A DNA stretch of 64,000 nucleotides from Histomonas meleagridis 2922-C6/04-290x (Eukaryota; Protista; Parabasalia). Made by a program: the position numbers and the translations under genes. How positions within the stretch are numbered: the first letter of the stretch is position 1; every line of letters begins with the position of its first letter. The stretch is from the NCBI GenBank assembly GCA_020184695.1, contig JAANOX010000048.1:1-64000 (forward strand), in the 5' to 3' direction. Below the pieces are notes generated by a model. The model did no database searches and was not told where the DNA came from. It saw only the letters and a list, made by a program, of their open reading frames with translations. Below, one piece after another: positions 10,445 through 20,029 of the stretch.

Positions 10445-13400
10445 ATGCTCTTCTTGAACACGTTGTTCTTTCTCGCTGTAAGGATTAATGACCTTAATGA
10501 TGCAAATGCTGATGGCAATGTGGTCAAGCTTGGGTTGTATGATCGAATGAAGTCTATTATCAACGAAAAGTTATTCAATCAAAACAAAGAAATAAAATAC
10601 TATCCATATAGTGAAAAGCAAGAAATTTATGAAAATGTTGAAGAAACACAAATCCTTGGTAGTAAGGATGAAGTTTTCAATTTAATTCAATTATTAACTA
10701 GTGAAACACCATTAGAGCCATCTGAATCATCCTCAGAATCATCAAGTGAATCATCATCAGAGTCATCTTCAGAATCATCAAGTGAATCATCATCTGAATC
10801 ATCATCAGAGTCATCAAGTGAATCATCATCTGAATCATCCTCTGAGTCATCTTCAGAATCATCATCTGAATCATCAAGTGAATCATCTTCAGAATCATCA
10901 TCAGAGTCATCAAGTGAATCATCAAGTGAATCTTCATCAGAATCATCATCTGAATCATCTTCAGAATCATCATCAGAGTCATCAAGTGAATCATCAAGTG
11001 AATCATCTTCTGAGTCATCCTCTGAGTCATCTTCAGAATCATCATCTGAATCATCAAGTGAATCATCTTCAGAATCATCATCTGAATCATCTTCAGAATC
11101 ATCATCAGAGTCATCAAGTGAATCATCAAGTGAATCATCTTCTGAGTCATCCTCTGAGTCATCTTCAGAATCATCAAGTGAATCATCATCGGAATCATCT
11201 TCTGAATCATCATCTGAGTCATCAAGTGAATCATCTTCTGAATCATCTTCTGAATCATCCTCTGAATCATCAAGTGAATCATCTTCAGAATCATCATCTG
11301 AATCATCTTCAGAATCATCCTCTGAATCTTCATCAGAATCATCCTCTGAGTCATCATCAGAATCATCATCTGAATCATCTTCTGAATCATCTTCAGAATC
11401 ATCATCTGAGTCATCATCAGAATCATCTTCAGAATCATCAAGTGAATCATCTTCTGAATCATCATCTGAGTCATCAAGTGAATCATCTTCTGAATCATCT
11501 TCAGAATCATCAAGTGAATCCTCCTCTGAGTCATCTTCAGAATCATCATCTGAATCATCTTCTGAATCATCTTCAGAATCATCAAGTGAATCATCATCGG
11601 AATCATCTTCTGAATCATCATCTGAGTCATCAAGTGAATCATCATCTGAATCATCTTCTGAATCATCTTCTGAATCATCAAGTGAATCCTCCTCTGAGTC
11701 ATCTTCAGAATCTTCATCAGAGTCATCCTCTGAATCATCCTCAGAATCATCTTCTGAGTCATCCTCTGAATCTTCATCAGAATCTTCATCAGAATCATCA
11801 TCTGAGTCATCAAGTGAATCATCTTCAGAATCATCTTCTGAATCATCTTCAGAGTCATCCTCTGAATCATCTTCAGAGTCATCCTCTGAATCATCCTCAG
11901 AATCATCTTCTGAGTCATCCTCTGAATCTTCATCAGAATCTTCATCAGAATCATCATCTGAGTCATCAAGTGAATCATCTTCAGAGTCATCCTCTGAATC
12001 ATCCTCAGAATCATCTTCTGAGTCATCCTCTGAATCTTCATCAGAATCTTCATCAGAATCATCATCTGAGTCATCAAGTGAATCATCTTCTGAATCATCC
12101 AGTGAATCTTCATCAGAATCATCCTCAGAATCATCTTCAGAATCATCAAGCGAATCTTCATCAGAATCATCTTCAGAGTCATCATCAGAATCATCTTCAG
12201 AATCATCAAGCGAATCTTCATCAGAATCATCTTCAGAGTCATCATCAGAATCATCTTCAGAATCATCAAGTGAATCCTCCTCAGAATCATCTTCAGAATC
12301 ATCATCAGAATCATCTTCAGAATCATCTTCAGAATCATCAAGTGAATCATCTTCAGAATCATCCAGTGAATCTTCATCAGAATCATCCTCAGAATCATCA
12401 AGCGAATCTTCATCAGAATCATCTTCAGAGTCATCCTCTGAGTCATCAAGTGAATCCTCCTCAGAATCATCTTCAGAATCATCATCAGAATCATCTTCAG
12501 AATCATCAAGTGAATCATCTTCAGAATCATCAAGTGAATCCTCCTCAGAATCATCAAGTGAATCTTCATCTGAATCTTCCTCTGAGTCATCAAGTGAATC
12601 ATCCTCTGAGTCATCAAGTGAATCCTCCTCAGAATCATCTTCAGAATCATCAAGTGAATCATCTTCAGAATCATCTTCAGAATCATCTTCAGAATCATCA
12701 AGTGAATCCTCCTCAGAATCATCAAGTGAATCCTCCTCTGAATCATCAAGTGAATCATCCTCTGAGTCATCAAGTGAATCATCCTCTGAGTCATCAAGTG
12801 AATCATCCTCTGAGTCATCAAGTGAATCCTCCTCTGAGTCATCTTCAGAATCTTCATCAGAATCATCTTCAGAATCATCAAGTGAATCATCTTCAGAATC
12901 TTCATCAGAATCTTCATCAGAATCATCAAGTGAATCATCTTCAGAATCATCAAGTGAATCCTCCTCAGAATCATCAAGTGAATCCTCCTCAGAATCATCA
13001 AGTGAATCATCCTCTGAATCATCTTCTGAATCATCCTCTGAGTCATCAAGTGAATCCTCCTCAGAATCATCTTCTGAATCATCAAGTGAATCCTCCTCTG
13101 AATCATCTTCTGAATCATCCTCTGAATCATCTTCAGAATCATCATCTGAGTCATCAAGTGAATCTTCATCAGAATCATCTTCTGAATCATCCTCTGAGTC
13201 ATCAAGTGAATCATCATCTGAATCTTCATCAGAATCATCCTCTGAGTCATCTTCTGAATCATCCTCTGAATCATCAAGTGAATCATCTTCAGAATCATCA
13301 TCTGAATCATCTTCAGAATCATCCTCTGAATCTTCATCAGAATCATCCTCTGAGTCATCATCAGAATCATCATCTGAATCTTCATCAGAATCATCATCTG

Positions 13401-14773
13401 AATCATCCTCTGAATCATCTTCTGAATCATCCTCTGAGTCATCAAGTGAATCATCATCAGAATCATCAAGTGAATCATCATCAGAATCATCTTCTGAATC
13501 ATCCTCTGAGTCATCAAGTGAATCATCATCAGAATCTTCATCAGAATCATCCTCTGAGTCATCAAGTGAATCATCATCAGAATCATCTTCTGAATCATCC
13601 TCTGAGTCATCAAGTGAATCATCATCAGAATCATCCTCTGAGTCATCTTCTGAATCATCCTCTGAATCATCAAGTGAATCATCATCTGAATCTTCATCAG
13701 AATCATCTTCTGAATCATCTTCTGAATCATCCTCTGAGTCATCAAGTGAATCATCATCTGAATCTTCATCAGAATCATCCTCTGAATCATCTTCTGAATC
13801 ATCCTCTGAGTCATCAAGTGAATCATCATCAGAATCATCAAGTGAATCATCATCAGAATCATCTTCTGAATCTTCATCAGAATCATCCTCTGAATCATCT
13901 TCTGAATCATCCTCTGAGTCATCAAGTGAATCATCATCAGAATCATCAAGTGAATCATCATCAGAATCATCTTCTGAATCATCATCTGAGTCATCAAGTG
14001 AATCTTCATCAGAATCATCCTCAGAATCATCAAGTGAATCATCAAGCGAATCTTCATCAGAATCATCTTCAGAGTCATCCTCTGAATCTTCATCTGAATC
14101 TTCATCAGAATCATCATCTGAATCATCCTCTGAATCTTCATCTGAGTCATCAAGTGAATCATCTTCTGAGTCATCCTCTGAATCTTCATCAGAATCATCA
14201 TCTGAATCTTCCTCTGAGTCATCAAGTGAATCATCTTCTGAATCATCTGAATCATCTTCAGAATCATCATCAGAATCATCAAGTGAATCATCATCAGAAT
14301 CATCAAGTGAATCATCATCAGAATCATCATCAGAGTCATCATCTGAATTATCAAGTGAATCATCTTCAGAGGTTTCGAGCGAATCCTCATCTGAACCACC
14401 AGTTGAGTCATCCACAGAAGTTACATCAGAAGTTCAATCCTCTGCAGAGACACAGCTCACAACTGAAGTCGAATCCACTTCAGAAGTTCTTCCTACAGAG
14501 GTTCCTTCACTTATTACTTCATTGGAAACATTTACCAATGTATCTGTGATCACAGGCGAGTCAGGAATCAGCGGCGGTTCCACAGCGGGCGTTGTAATTG
14601 CAGTCATCATTGTTGCTGCAGCTGTTGCAGCTCTTGTTGTTCTTTCTGTCATTGTCTACAAGCGTATGAAGGCCAACAACGCCGGCGGTGACGAAAATGA
14701 CATCTCAGAAAAGAACGACGAATCGGTATCAAACGATGCACAGAACGACAGTGAAGGCGTGTTCTTTATTTAA
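10445..14773 (+). CDS. Type I membrane surface protein with giant (ESSS)n stalk
   Basis: Hydrophobic N-terminus (MLFLNTLFFLAV), about 300 ESSS units, a T/E/V-rich spacer, TM GVVIAVIIVAAAVAALVVLSVIVY, stop-transfer KRMK, and a short acidic tail ending GVFFI. Confidence 0.88.
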   Translation: MLFLNTLFFLAVRINDLNDANADGNVVKLGLYDRMKSIINEKLFNQNKEIKYYPYSEKQEIYENVEETQILGSKDEVFNLIQLLTSETPLEPSESSSESSSESSSESSSESSSESSSESSSESSSESSSESSSESSSESSSESSSESSSESSSESSSESSSESSSESSSESSSESSSESSSESSSESSSESSSESSSESSSESSSESSSESSSESSSESSSESSSESSSESSSESSSESSSESSSESSSESSSESSSESSSESSSESSSESSSESSSESSSESSSESSSESSSESSSESSSESSSESSSESSSESSSESSSESSSESSSESSSESSSESSSESSSESSSESSSESSSESSSESSSESSSESSSESSSESSSESSSESSSESSSESSSESSSESSSESSSESSSESSSESSSESSSESSSESSSESSSESSSESSSESSSESSSESSSESSSESSSESSSESSSESSSESSSESSSESSSESSSESSSESSSESSSESSSESSSESSSESSSESSSESSSESSSESSSESSSESSSESSSESSSESSSESSSESSSESSSESSSESSSESSSESSSESSSESSSESSSESSSESSSESSSESSSESSSESSSESSSESSSESSSESSSESSSESSSESSSESSSESSSESSSESSSESSSESSSESSSESSSESSSESSSESSSESSSESSSESSSESSSESSSESSSESSSESSSESSSESSSESSSESSSESSSESSSESSSESSSESSSESSSESSSESSSESSSESSSESSSESSSESSSESSSESSSESSSESSSESSSESSSESSSESSSESSSESSSESSSESSSESSSESSSESSSESSSESSSESSSESSSESSSESSSESSSESSSESSSESSSESSSESSSESSSESSSESSSESSSESSSESSSESSSESSSESSSESSSESSSESSSESSSESSSESSSESSSESSSESSSESSSESSSESSSESSSESSSESSSESSSESSSESSSESSSESSSESSSESSSESSSESSSESSSESSSESSSESSSESSSESSSESSSESSSESSSESSSESSSESSSESSSESSSESSSESSSESSSESSSESSSESSSESSSESSSESSSESSSESSSESSSESSSESSSESSSESSSESSSESSSESSSESSSESSSESSSESSSESSSESSSESSSESSSESSSESSSESSSESSSESSSESSSESSSESSSESSSESSSESSSESSSESSSESSSESSSESSSESSSESSESSSESSSESSSESSSESSSESSSESSSESSSELSSESSSEVSSESSSEPPVESSTEVTSEVQSSAETQLTTEVESTSEVLPTEVPSLITSLETFTNVSVITGESGISGGSTAGVVIAVIIVAAAVAALVVLSVIVYKRMKANNAGGDENDISEKNDESVSNDAQNDSEGVFFI
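10724..14370 (+). repeat. 12-bp coding tandem repeat (GAA/G TCN TCN TCN/AGT), about 300 units
   Basis: Continuous 12-nt periodicity with synonymous variation and higher-order block duplications. One 9-nt (ESS) unit near 14245. Confidence 0.97.
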
Positions 14774-15370
14774 TGACGTTGTATGGACTTTAATTATATA
14801 CTCATGCTAACTCTTTTTAATCTCATAAAGAGAACTTTTATATTTCTGTTTTTATGAAGAGATCTCTTCATTAAGTACCAAATTTGTGGAGAACGTTTTA
14901 ACTTTTTGACAATTCTAATTACGATTAGTGATAATTCAAAATTTGACAGTCATGTGAATTTTCAGATGTGATAAGGACATATGATATAAAATACGATGAA
15001 GGTGGGTTTGAACAATCACGGTTAGAAAAAATTCGACTAAAACTATTTAAGCACAATGTAGAAAATCAGCTTATTCTCAAAAATTAATTTTGTTAATACA
15101 AAATCATTCCATAATTCCTAATCTTGTTAAAACAAATTGGAAATGTTCTATCATTTTACATTACTCTTCTAAATCAAATAATTTTGGCATCATTGATCTC
15201 TGTTTTTCTTCCATTTTGAACAACAAATTATTTTTCTTCACATATTTCATAATATTGTCGATATTGATGTATTCACTAATTTGCTTAAGTAAATAATTGA
15301 ATTTCTTAAAAAACTTTTGTTTCTTTGGTAATCTTCAAACATCGAACTAAATTATGAGAATGTTTATTCT

Positions 15371-17233
15371 TTAATAGACTTGTTTAGACTTCCTATATTT
15401 CAGATATGCGGCCACGTAAATAGCGCCCACGAACAACACCACAATTACAGAAATAGAAGCGACCATCGGTGTAGCGTAAGAAGGAGCTTCAGTCTTATAA
15501 ATCCAACCAGATGAGCACTTATATCCCATAGATTCTTGAGGTCCGTCTTTTTCACCTCTCATACATTTCTTATTCTTGAAACAAAATCCACATCCTGGTA
15601 TACTCTTACAAGTTTCCTTATCATTATTTCCACCATAAATAGCGCAATAATCATTCGGAGCGAATTCGATCCAGTCGTGTTTGAATGTATCCTTAAGACC
15701 TTTACGTGTTACGTCAGGCCAATCCAAGAAACTGAATGGAGGATTGTACTTATATTCAGGTGACAGGATAGCATCCCATGTTTGGTTTTCCATGAACCAA
15801 GAGAGTCGTGCAGATTTTGTGTCTAATCCACCGAAACAATTTCTTGCTCCATAAGTTGTACCATTTTCTGGTCTTAAGTCATAACGTGATAAGATTCCTT
15901 GAGCCGGCTCTGGGATACCATTGATTAATAATAATGGATCGTTCTTATAATCATTATAACGCATAAACTCTTGGAAACTAGTATAGTCATTAATCTTTGG
16001 AGCATCTCGTGCAATGATCTTATAACGTGGTTGTTCCCAATATGACCAAAAGTCTTTCTTAATTGGCTCTCGTTGTTGTTGTCCTGGATAATCGGCTAAG
16101 TTGAATACGGACTCAAAGAATGGAGCATTGACTGAGCCAAAGTATCCTTCTTTATAAAGTTGTTCTGTGATATCTTGTGATTCATAAAATCCTGGAAGTT
16201 GTTCAATGGCCCATAATAAACCGGGTTTATGTTCTGGACTTGTTGAGTTCTTTACAAATAATTTGGTATCAAGAACTAAATATTGATTATTGTATGTGCC
16301 TGAATTCTCTTTGATGAATTCTTTGGTCCAATCTTCTCCATTGTCAGTGACAAAGGTGGCATAATATGAACGTAACCAACATAAAACACTTTCTGGTTTG
16401 ACATAAAGATCATAAAGTGTATTATTGAAGTTATGCATCGTGGTTTCCATAATTAAAAGTCCTTGATCAGTGGTCCAAAAGTCATCAAGACTTGCTAAAT
16501 GACCTGTTCTTGTACTTACTGTGACATGATGTGCTTTGAATTCAGGAATGTTAAGGTTATAATCTTTGAGATAGGCATGAAGTTCGGTGTAGCTGCTCCA
16601 TGTGTCTTGGGCAAAATAAATGTCATCATGATCTGGTGATAATTTGATGAGACCAGTGCAACGTGTAAGCTCTGGATCTTTAGGAACGGAACCTTCAAGT
16701 ACAGAGGCAAGATCGTCAAGATCACCTGAGGCTTGAAGAAGCCAGAAATCAACTTCAGAAATTTTGGCTGATTCTTGGACTCCTTCATTAAGACCACGAA
16801 TCATACCATCAACTTGATTCATGATAAGACCAATATTCTTCCAATAGCTACTAGCACTATTCAAAACTTTTGATCTAACATAATTGATGTTTTCTGATAT
16901 AAATAGTTTCCAGCTAGTTGGCCAATCCTTACCCTTTCCTACTTGAACTTCCTTGTAGTTATCAAATGCTTCACGAATTCGGCCTTGAGTAAGATAAGCA
17001 TCAACAAAACCAGCACAATACATTTGGTTATAGCTTGGTGAATGTGGGTTTGTCCAAATATGGATTTTACCCCAACCTATTTCATCGTAAGAATCATGGA
17101 ATGTGGCCCATGCATCATAAGTCTTATCGAACTCGAGTTTATAGCTAAGATTACCATATTGGTCAATCTTACATGACGCTGTCTTGTTTGCATATTCCGA
17201 AGATAGGAAGAAAAGCAAAAAGGTTGGGAGCAT
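15371..17233 (-). CDS. Phospholipase B-like (Ntn hydrolase) with PSI-like domain and C-terminal TM
   Basis: Signal peptide; GWG, AGFVDAYLT, RCTGLIK (N-terminal nucleophile Cys), NSGTYNNQY, GGLDTK; Cys-rich CKSIPGCGFC...C; TM followed by YRKSK. Confidence 0.88.
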   Translation of the reverse strand: MLPTFLLFFLSSEYANKTASCKIDQYGNLSYKLEFDKTYDAWATFHDSYDEIGWGKIHIWTNPHSPSYNQMYCAGFVDAYLTQGRIREAFDNYKEVQVGKGKDWPTSWKLFISENINYVRSKVLNSASSYWKNIGLIMNQVDGMIRGLNEGVQESAKISEVDFWLLQASGDLDDLASVLEGSVPKDPELTRCTGLIKLSPDHDDIYFAQDTWSSYTELHAYLKDYNLNIPEFKAHHVTVSTRTGHLASLDDFWTTDQGLLIMETTMHNFNNTLYDLYVKPESVLCWLRSYYATFVTDNGEDWTKEFIKENSGTYNNQYLVLDTKLFVKNSTSPEHKPGLLWAIEQLPGFYESQDITEQLYKEGYFGSVNAPFFESVFNLADYPGQQQREPIKKDFWSYWEQPRYKIIARDAPKINDYTSFQEFMRYNDYKNDPLLLINGIPEPAQGILSRYDLRPENGTTYGARNCFGGLDTKSARLSWFMENQTWDAILSPEYKYNPPFSFLDWPDVTRKGLKDTFKHDWIEFAPNDYCAIYGGNNDKETCKSIPGCGFCFKNKKCMRGEKDGPQESMGYKCSSGWIYKTEAPSYATPMVASISVIVVLFVGAIYVAAYLKYRKSKQVY

Positions 17234-17762
17234 GCAGAGGTATGGGTCAGCCCATTCAAATTCATATCAAAAAGTTGTTTCAATGAACATCGTTTTGGGA
17301 AACCACCAAAACGACACTTTTTATTGAATGTTGTTTAACATACGGTTATATCCGATAGGCATCGAACGATCGATTCACAACAACAACAAAAATTAAAGTT
17401 TATAAAAAAAATATGACAATTTCAATGCATTAATGCCTTTTTGCTGGCTTTTAGATTTTAATTTTAATGTTGCATTATTTTGACGACAGATTATTATTAA
17501 TTTAATTTTGAATCACCAAAAAATAAAATAAGAACTTTTTTATTAGTGACAACAGTTCATCAAATAAGATTTTCATCTTAAAGCAAGTTTGCATGCATTC
17601 TAAAAAAAAATTAGATAAGAAATATAGATGAAAAAATTTCTTATATCTTAAAACTGCGGCACACAGGAACTAATTATGGACTTAACAGTAAATTATTTTT
17701 ATAAGATAACACAAAATATTTTTTATTGATCTATCAATTATTTTTTTTGCAAATATGTGTAT

Positions 17763-18596
17763 TCATATAAAATCTTCCTGTTGTACATCTTCAACTTCAG
17801 GATGATCGTTTTCATCATCATTATCGGATAAATCTGCATTATCATAATATTGTAAAATCAGATCTATTTGAGCAACAATCTCAATAAGCATGTCATTATC
17901 AAAAGGATTGTACGGTATGAACTGGAGAAGGCTGTATTCATCGATTAATTCGCATATTTTTTCTGTTAATTTCTGGATTTGTGGTTTAGCTGTAATTGAA
18001 CCACAAAGGGTACCAGTATCCATATCACAAAACTCATCAATTCTATTCATTTGTTCTTCAGTAAGAAGATCACACTTTGATAGAAGATTCACATGTGGTA
18101 TTTCAAGCATTGTCATTACAGAAATTGCTACCAAAGAACCACTAAGAAACTTAGATGGGTCAATCATAAACTGAGAGTCAAGAAGAAAAACACCACAAAG
18201 ATGATATCCCTTATCTTCAAGATTCTTGAAAAGTTGTGGCAGAATATTAAGATGTGAAAATAATTCAATTTGACCAGGAAGATCAATGAGGAGGTAGTCA
18301 TAATCATGATTTCCTATTTCTTCATCAAACCAATCATGATCTTCAACTATTACTTCCATACAATAAATGAGACCCCCATTTGGTCCAAACCCTTCTTCTT
18401 CCATAACTTCTTTTACATTAATTGCATCGCGAATATCGATCGTTGGTGTGTAAGCAAGATTATCTGCTGCAGGATCAAGATTAACAGCATGCACATTTCT
18501 TTTTGTTACTTCAAAGTGGTCCATAAGACGCTTTATATATGTTGTTTTTCCAGATCCAGCAGGTCCCATAACAATCTGAGCATAGCGATTGGACAT
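17763..18596 (-). CDS. GPN3: GPN-loop GTPase 3
   Basis: MSNRYAQIVMGPAGSGKTT, VNLDPAA, GFGPNGGLIYCME, DLPGQIELF, VNLLSKCD. ATG at 18596. Confidence 0.88.
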   Translation of the reverse strand: MSNRYAQIVMGPAGSGKTTYIKRLMDHFEVTKRNVHAVNLDPAADNLAYTPTIDIRDAINVKEVMEEEGFGPNGGLIYCMEVIVEDHDWFDEEIGNHDYDYLLIDLPGQIELFSHLNILPQLFKNLEDKGYHLCGVFLLDSQFMIDPSKFLSGSLVAISVMTMLEIPHVNLLSKCDLLTEEQMNRIDEFCDMDTGTLCGSITAKPQIQKLTEKICELIDEYSLLQFIPYNPFDNDMLIEIVAQIDLILQYYDNADLSDNDDENDHPEVEDVQQEDFI

Positions 18597-18638
18597 ACAG
18601 AAAAGTGACGTTTTAAACCAATTTAACGGTCGTAATAC

Positions 18639-19994
18639 ATGAGCAAACTTTCGCTTGGGATCGACATTGGAACAACAAAAATTGCAGTTATCGTAACAAA
18701 TATAGAAAGTAAAGAGGTTCATTTTGTTTTATCAAATAATCATAATGCTATTGTTAACACTGATGAAAATCTTTCGGAGCAAAATACTGATATATTAATT
18801 AAAAAAGCTATCAACTTAATACAAAGTATACCAGAAGACCTTAAAAAGAATATTTTATCAATTGGAGTAACTGGTCAGATGCATGGAGTAGTTGAATGGA
18901 ATTCTTCTAATTTAGTTTCCAACTTGGTTACATGGCAAGACCAAAGAGGCACGTCAACAGGTAAACTGAGTCAGATTCAAAAACTTAAAGGATGTAATAA
19001 TCTAAAAGATGGTTTTGGCTTCACAACACTTTCAATTCTCGCATCAGAAAACAAACTATCAGAGTTTGAATTTTGTGGAACAATCCATGACTATCTAGTC
19101 TGGATTTTAGTTGGAATGCCATCTAAATCTTTTATTGACACAACTGATGCAGCATCATGGGGACTCTTTAACATCGAAACAAATAGGTGGAACTCAGAAT
19201 CAGTTCATTTATTGGAAATCCCAGAAAGCATTTTACCAACAATTTACAACTGTGGTTCAAAAGCGGGACTTTTATCACAAGACATGGCCTCCAAAACAGG
19301 CATTCCATCTGGTATTCCTGTTATGGTTGCTATTGGTGATAACCAAGCATCAATAATTGGAACATCAACAAAACCATCTGCTGATGAATGCTTTATTAAT
19401 ATAGGCACATCTACACAGTTATCTGTTGTAGCTTCAAGGGAAAAAGCACTTTCTCTTTCTCCATCACCCACATTTGAAATACGACCGTTTATTGATGACA
19501 CTTTTCTTATCGTGACTGCTCCATTATGTGGTGGAAGAGCGTGGGCTTTTCTTAAAGATGTTGTTAAAGAATGGATGCATTCTCTTGGCATGCCCGAAAT
19601 TAGTGATGATATAATACTATATAGTAAGATTGATTCTTTAGCACTTAATGAAATTGATTCAAACGATTTACCAAAAATTGAACCACATTTTTTGGGAGAA
19701 AGATGGGATGAAACTCTTCGTGCATCATTTACTAATATTAACTTGAACAACTTCACATTAGGAAAAGTTGGAGCAGCTATGGCATTGGGAATTGTTTCGA
19801 ATTTGAAGTCGAACATTTCCGAAGAATGTTTCAAAGATTGTAAATCTATTTTTGTGAATGGAAATGCTGCAAGAAAGAATAAAGCAATGCATAGAGCAAT
19901 AGAAAAGACTTTCGGAATTTCTCCATCTTTTAAAGAAGGCGTTGAAGAAGCTGCTCTTGGCGCAGCAATTCTCGCAGCAAGATTAGTTGAGTAA
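18639..19994 (+). CDS. SHPK: Sedoheptulokinase-like FGGY carbohydrate kinase
   Basis: LGIDIGTT, GVTGQMHGVV.W, LVTWQDQR, CGTIHDYL, TDAASWG.F, GDNQAS, INIGTSTQLS, PHFLGER, AALGAA. Confidence 0.8.
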   Translation: MSKLSLGIDIGTTKIAVIVTNIESKEVHFVLSNNHNAIVNTDENLSEQNTDILIKKAINLIQSIPEDLKKNILSIGVTGQMHGVVEWNSSNLVSNLVTWQDQRGTSTGKLSQIQKLKGCNNLKDGFGFTTLSILASENKLSEFEFCGTIHDYLVWILVGMPSKSFIDTTDAASWGLFNIETNRWNSESVHLLEIPESILPTIYNCGSKAGLLSQDMASKTGIPSGIPVMVAIGDNQASIIGTSTKPSADECFINIGTSTQLSVVASREKALSLSPSPTFEIRPFIDDTFLIVTAPLCGGRAWAFLKDVVKEWMHSLGMPEISDDIILYSKIDSLALNEIDSNDLPKIEPHFLGERWDETLRASFTNINLNNFTLGKVGAAMALGIVSNLKSNISEECFKDCKSIFVNGNAARKNKAMHRAIEKTFGISPSFKEGVEEAALGAAILAARLVE

Positions 19995-20029
19995 AAATTA
20001 TTAGATGTCTATGAAAATTCAAGTCTGTT

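Noticed and set aside
10687-14549. Three >1200-aa ORFs (D/S-rich and M/I/L-rich on minus, H/N/Q-rich on plus)
   Set aside because: These are shadow frames of the ESSS codon repeat, whose codons cannot form stops in those frames. Only the ESSS frame has a signal peptide and TM.
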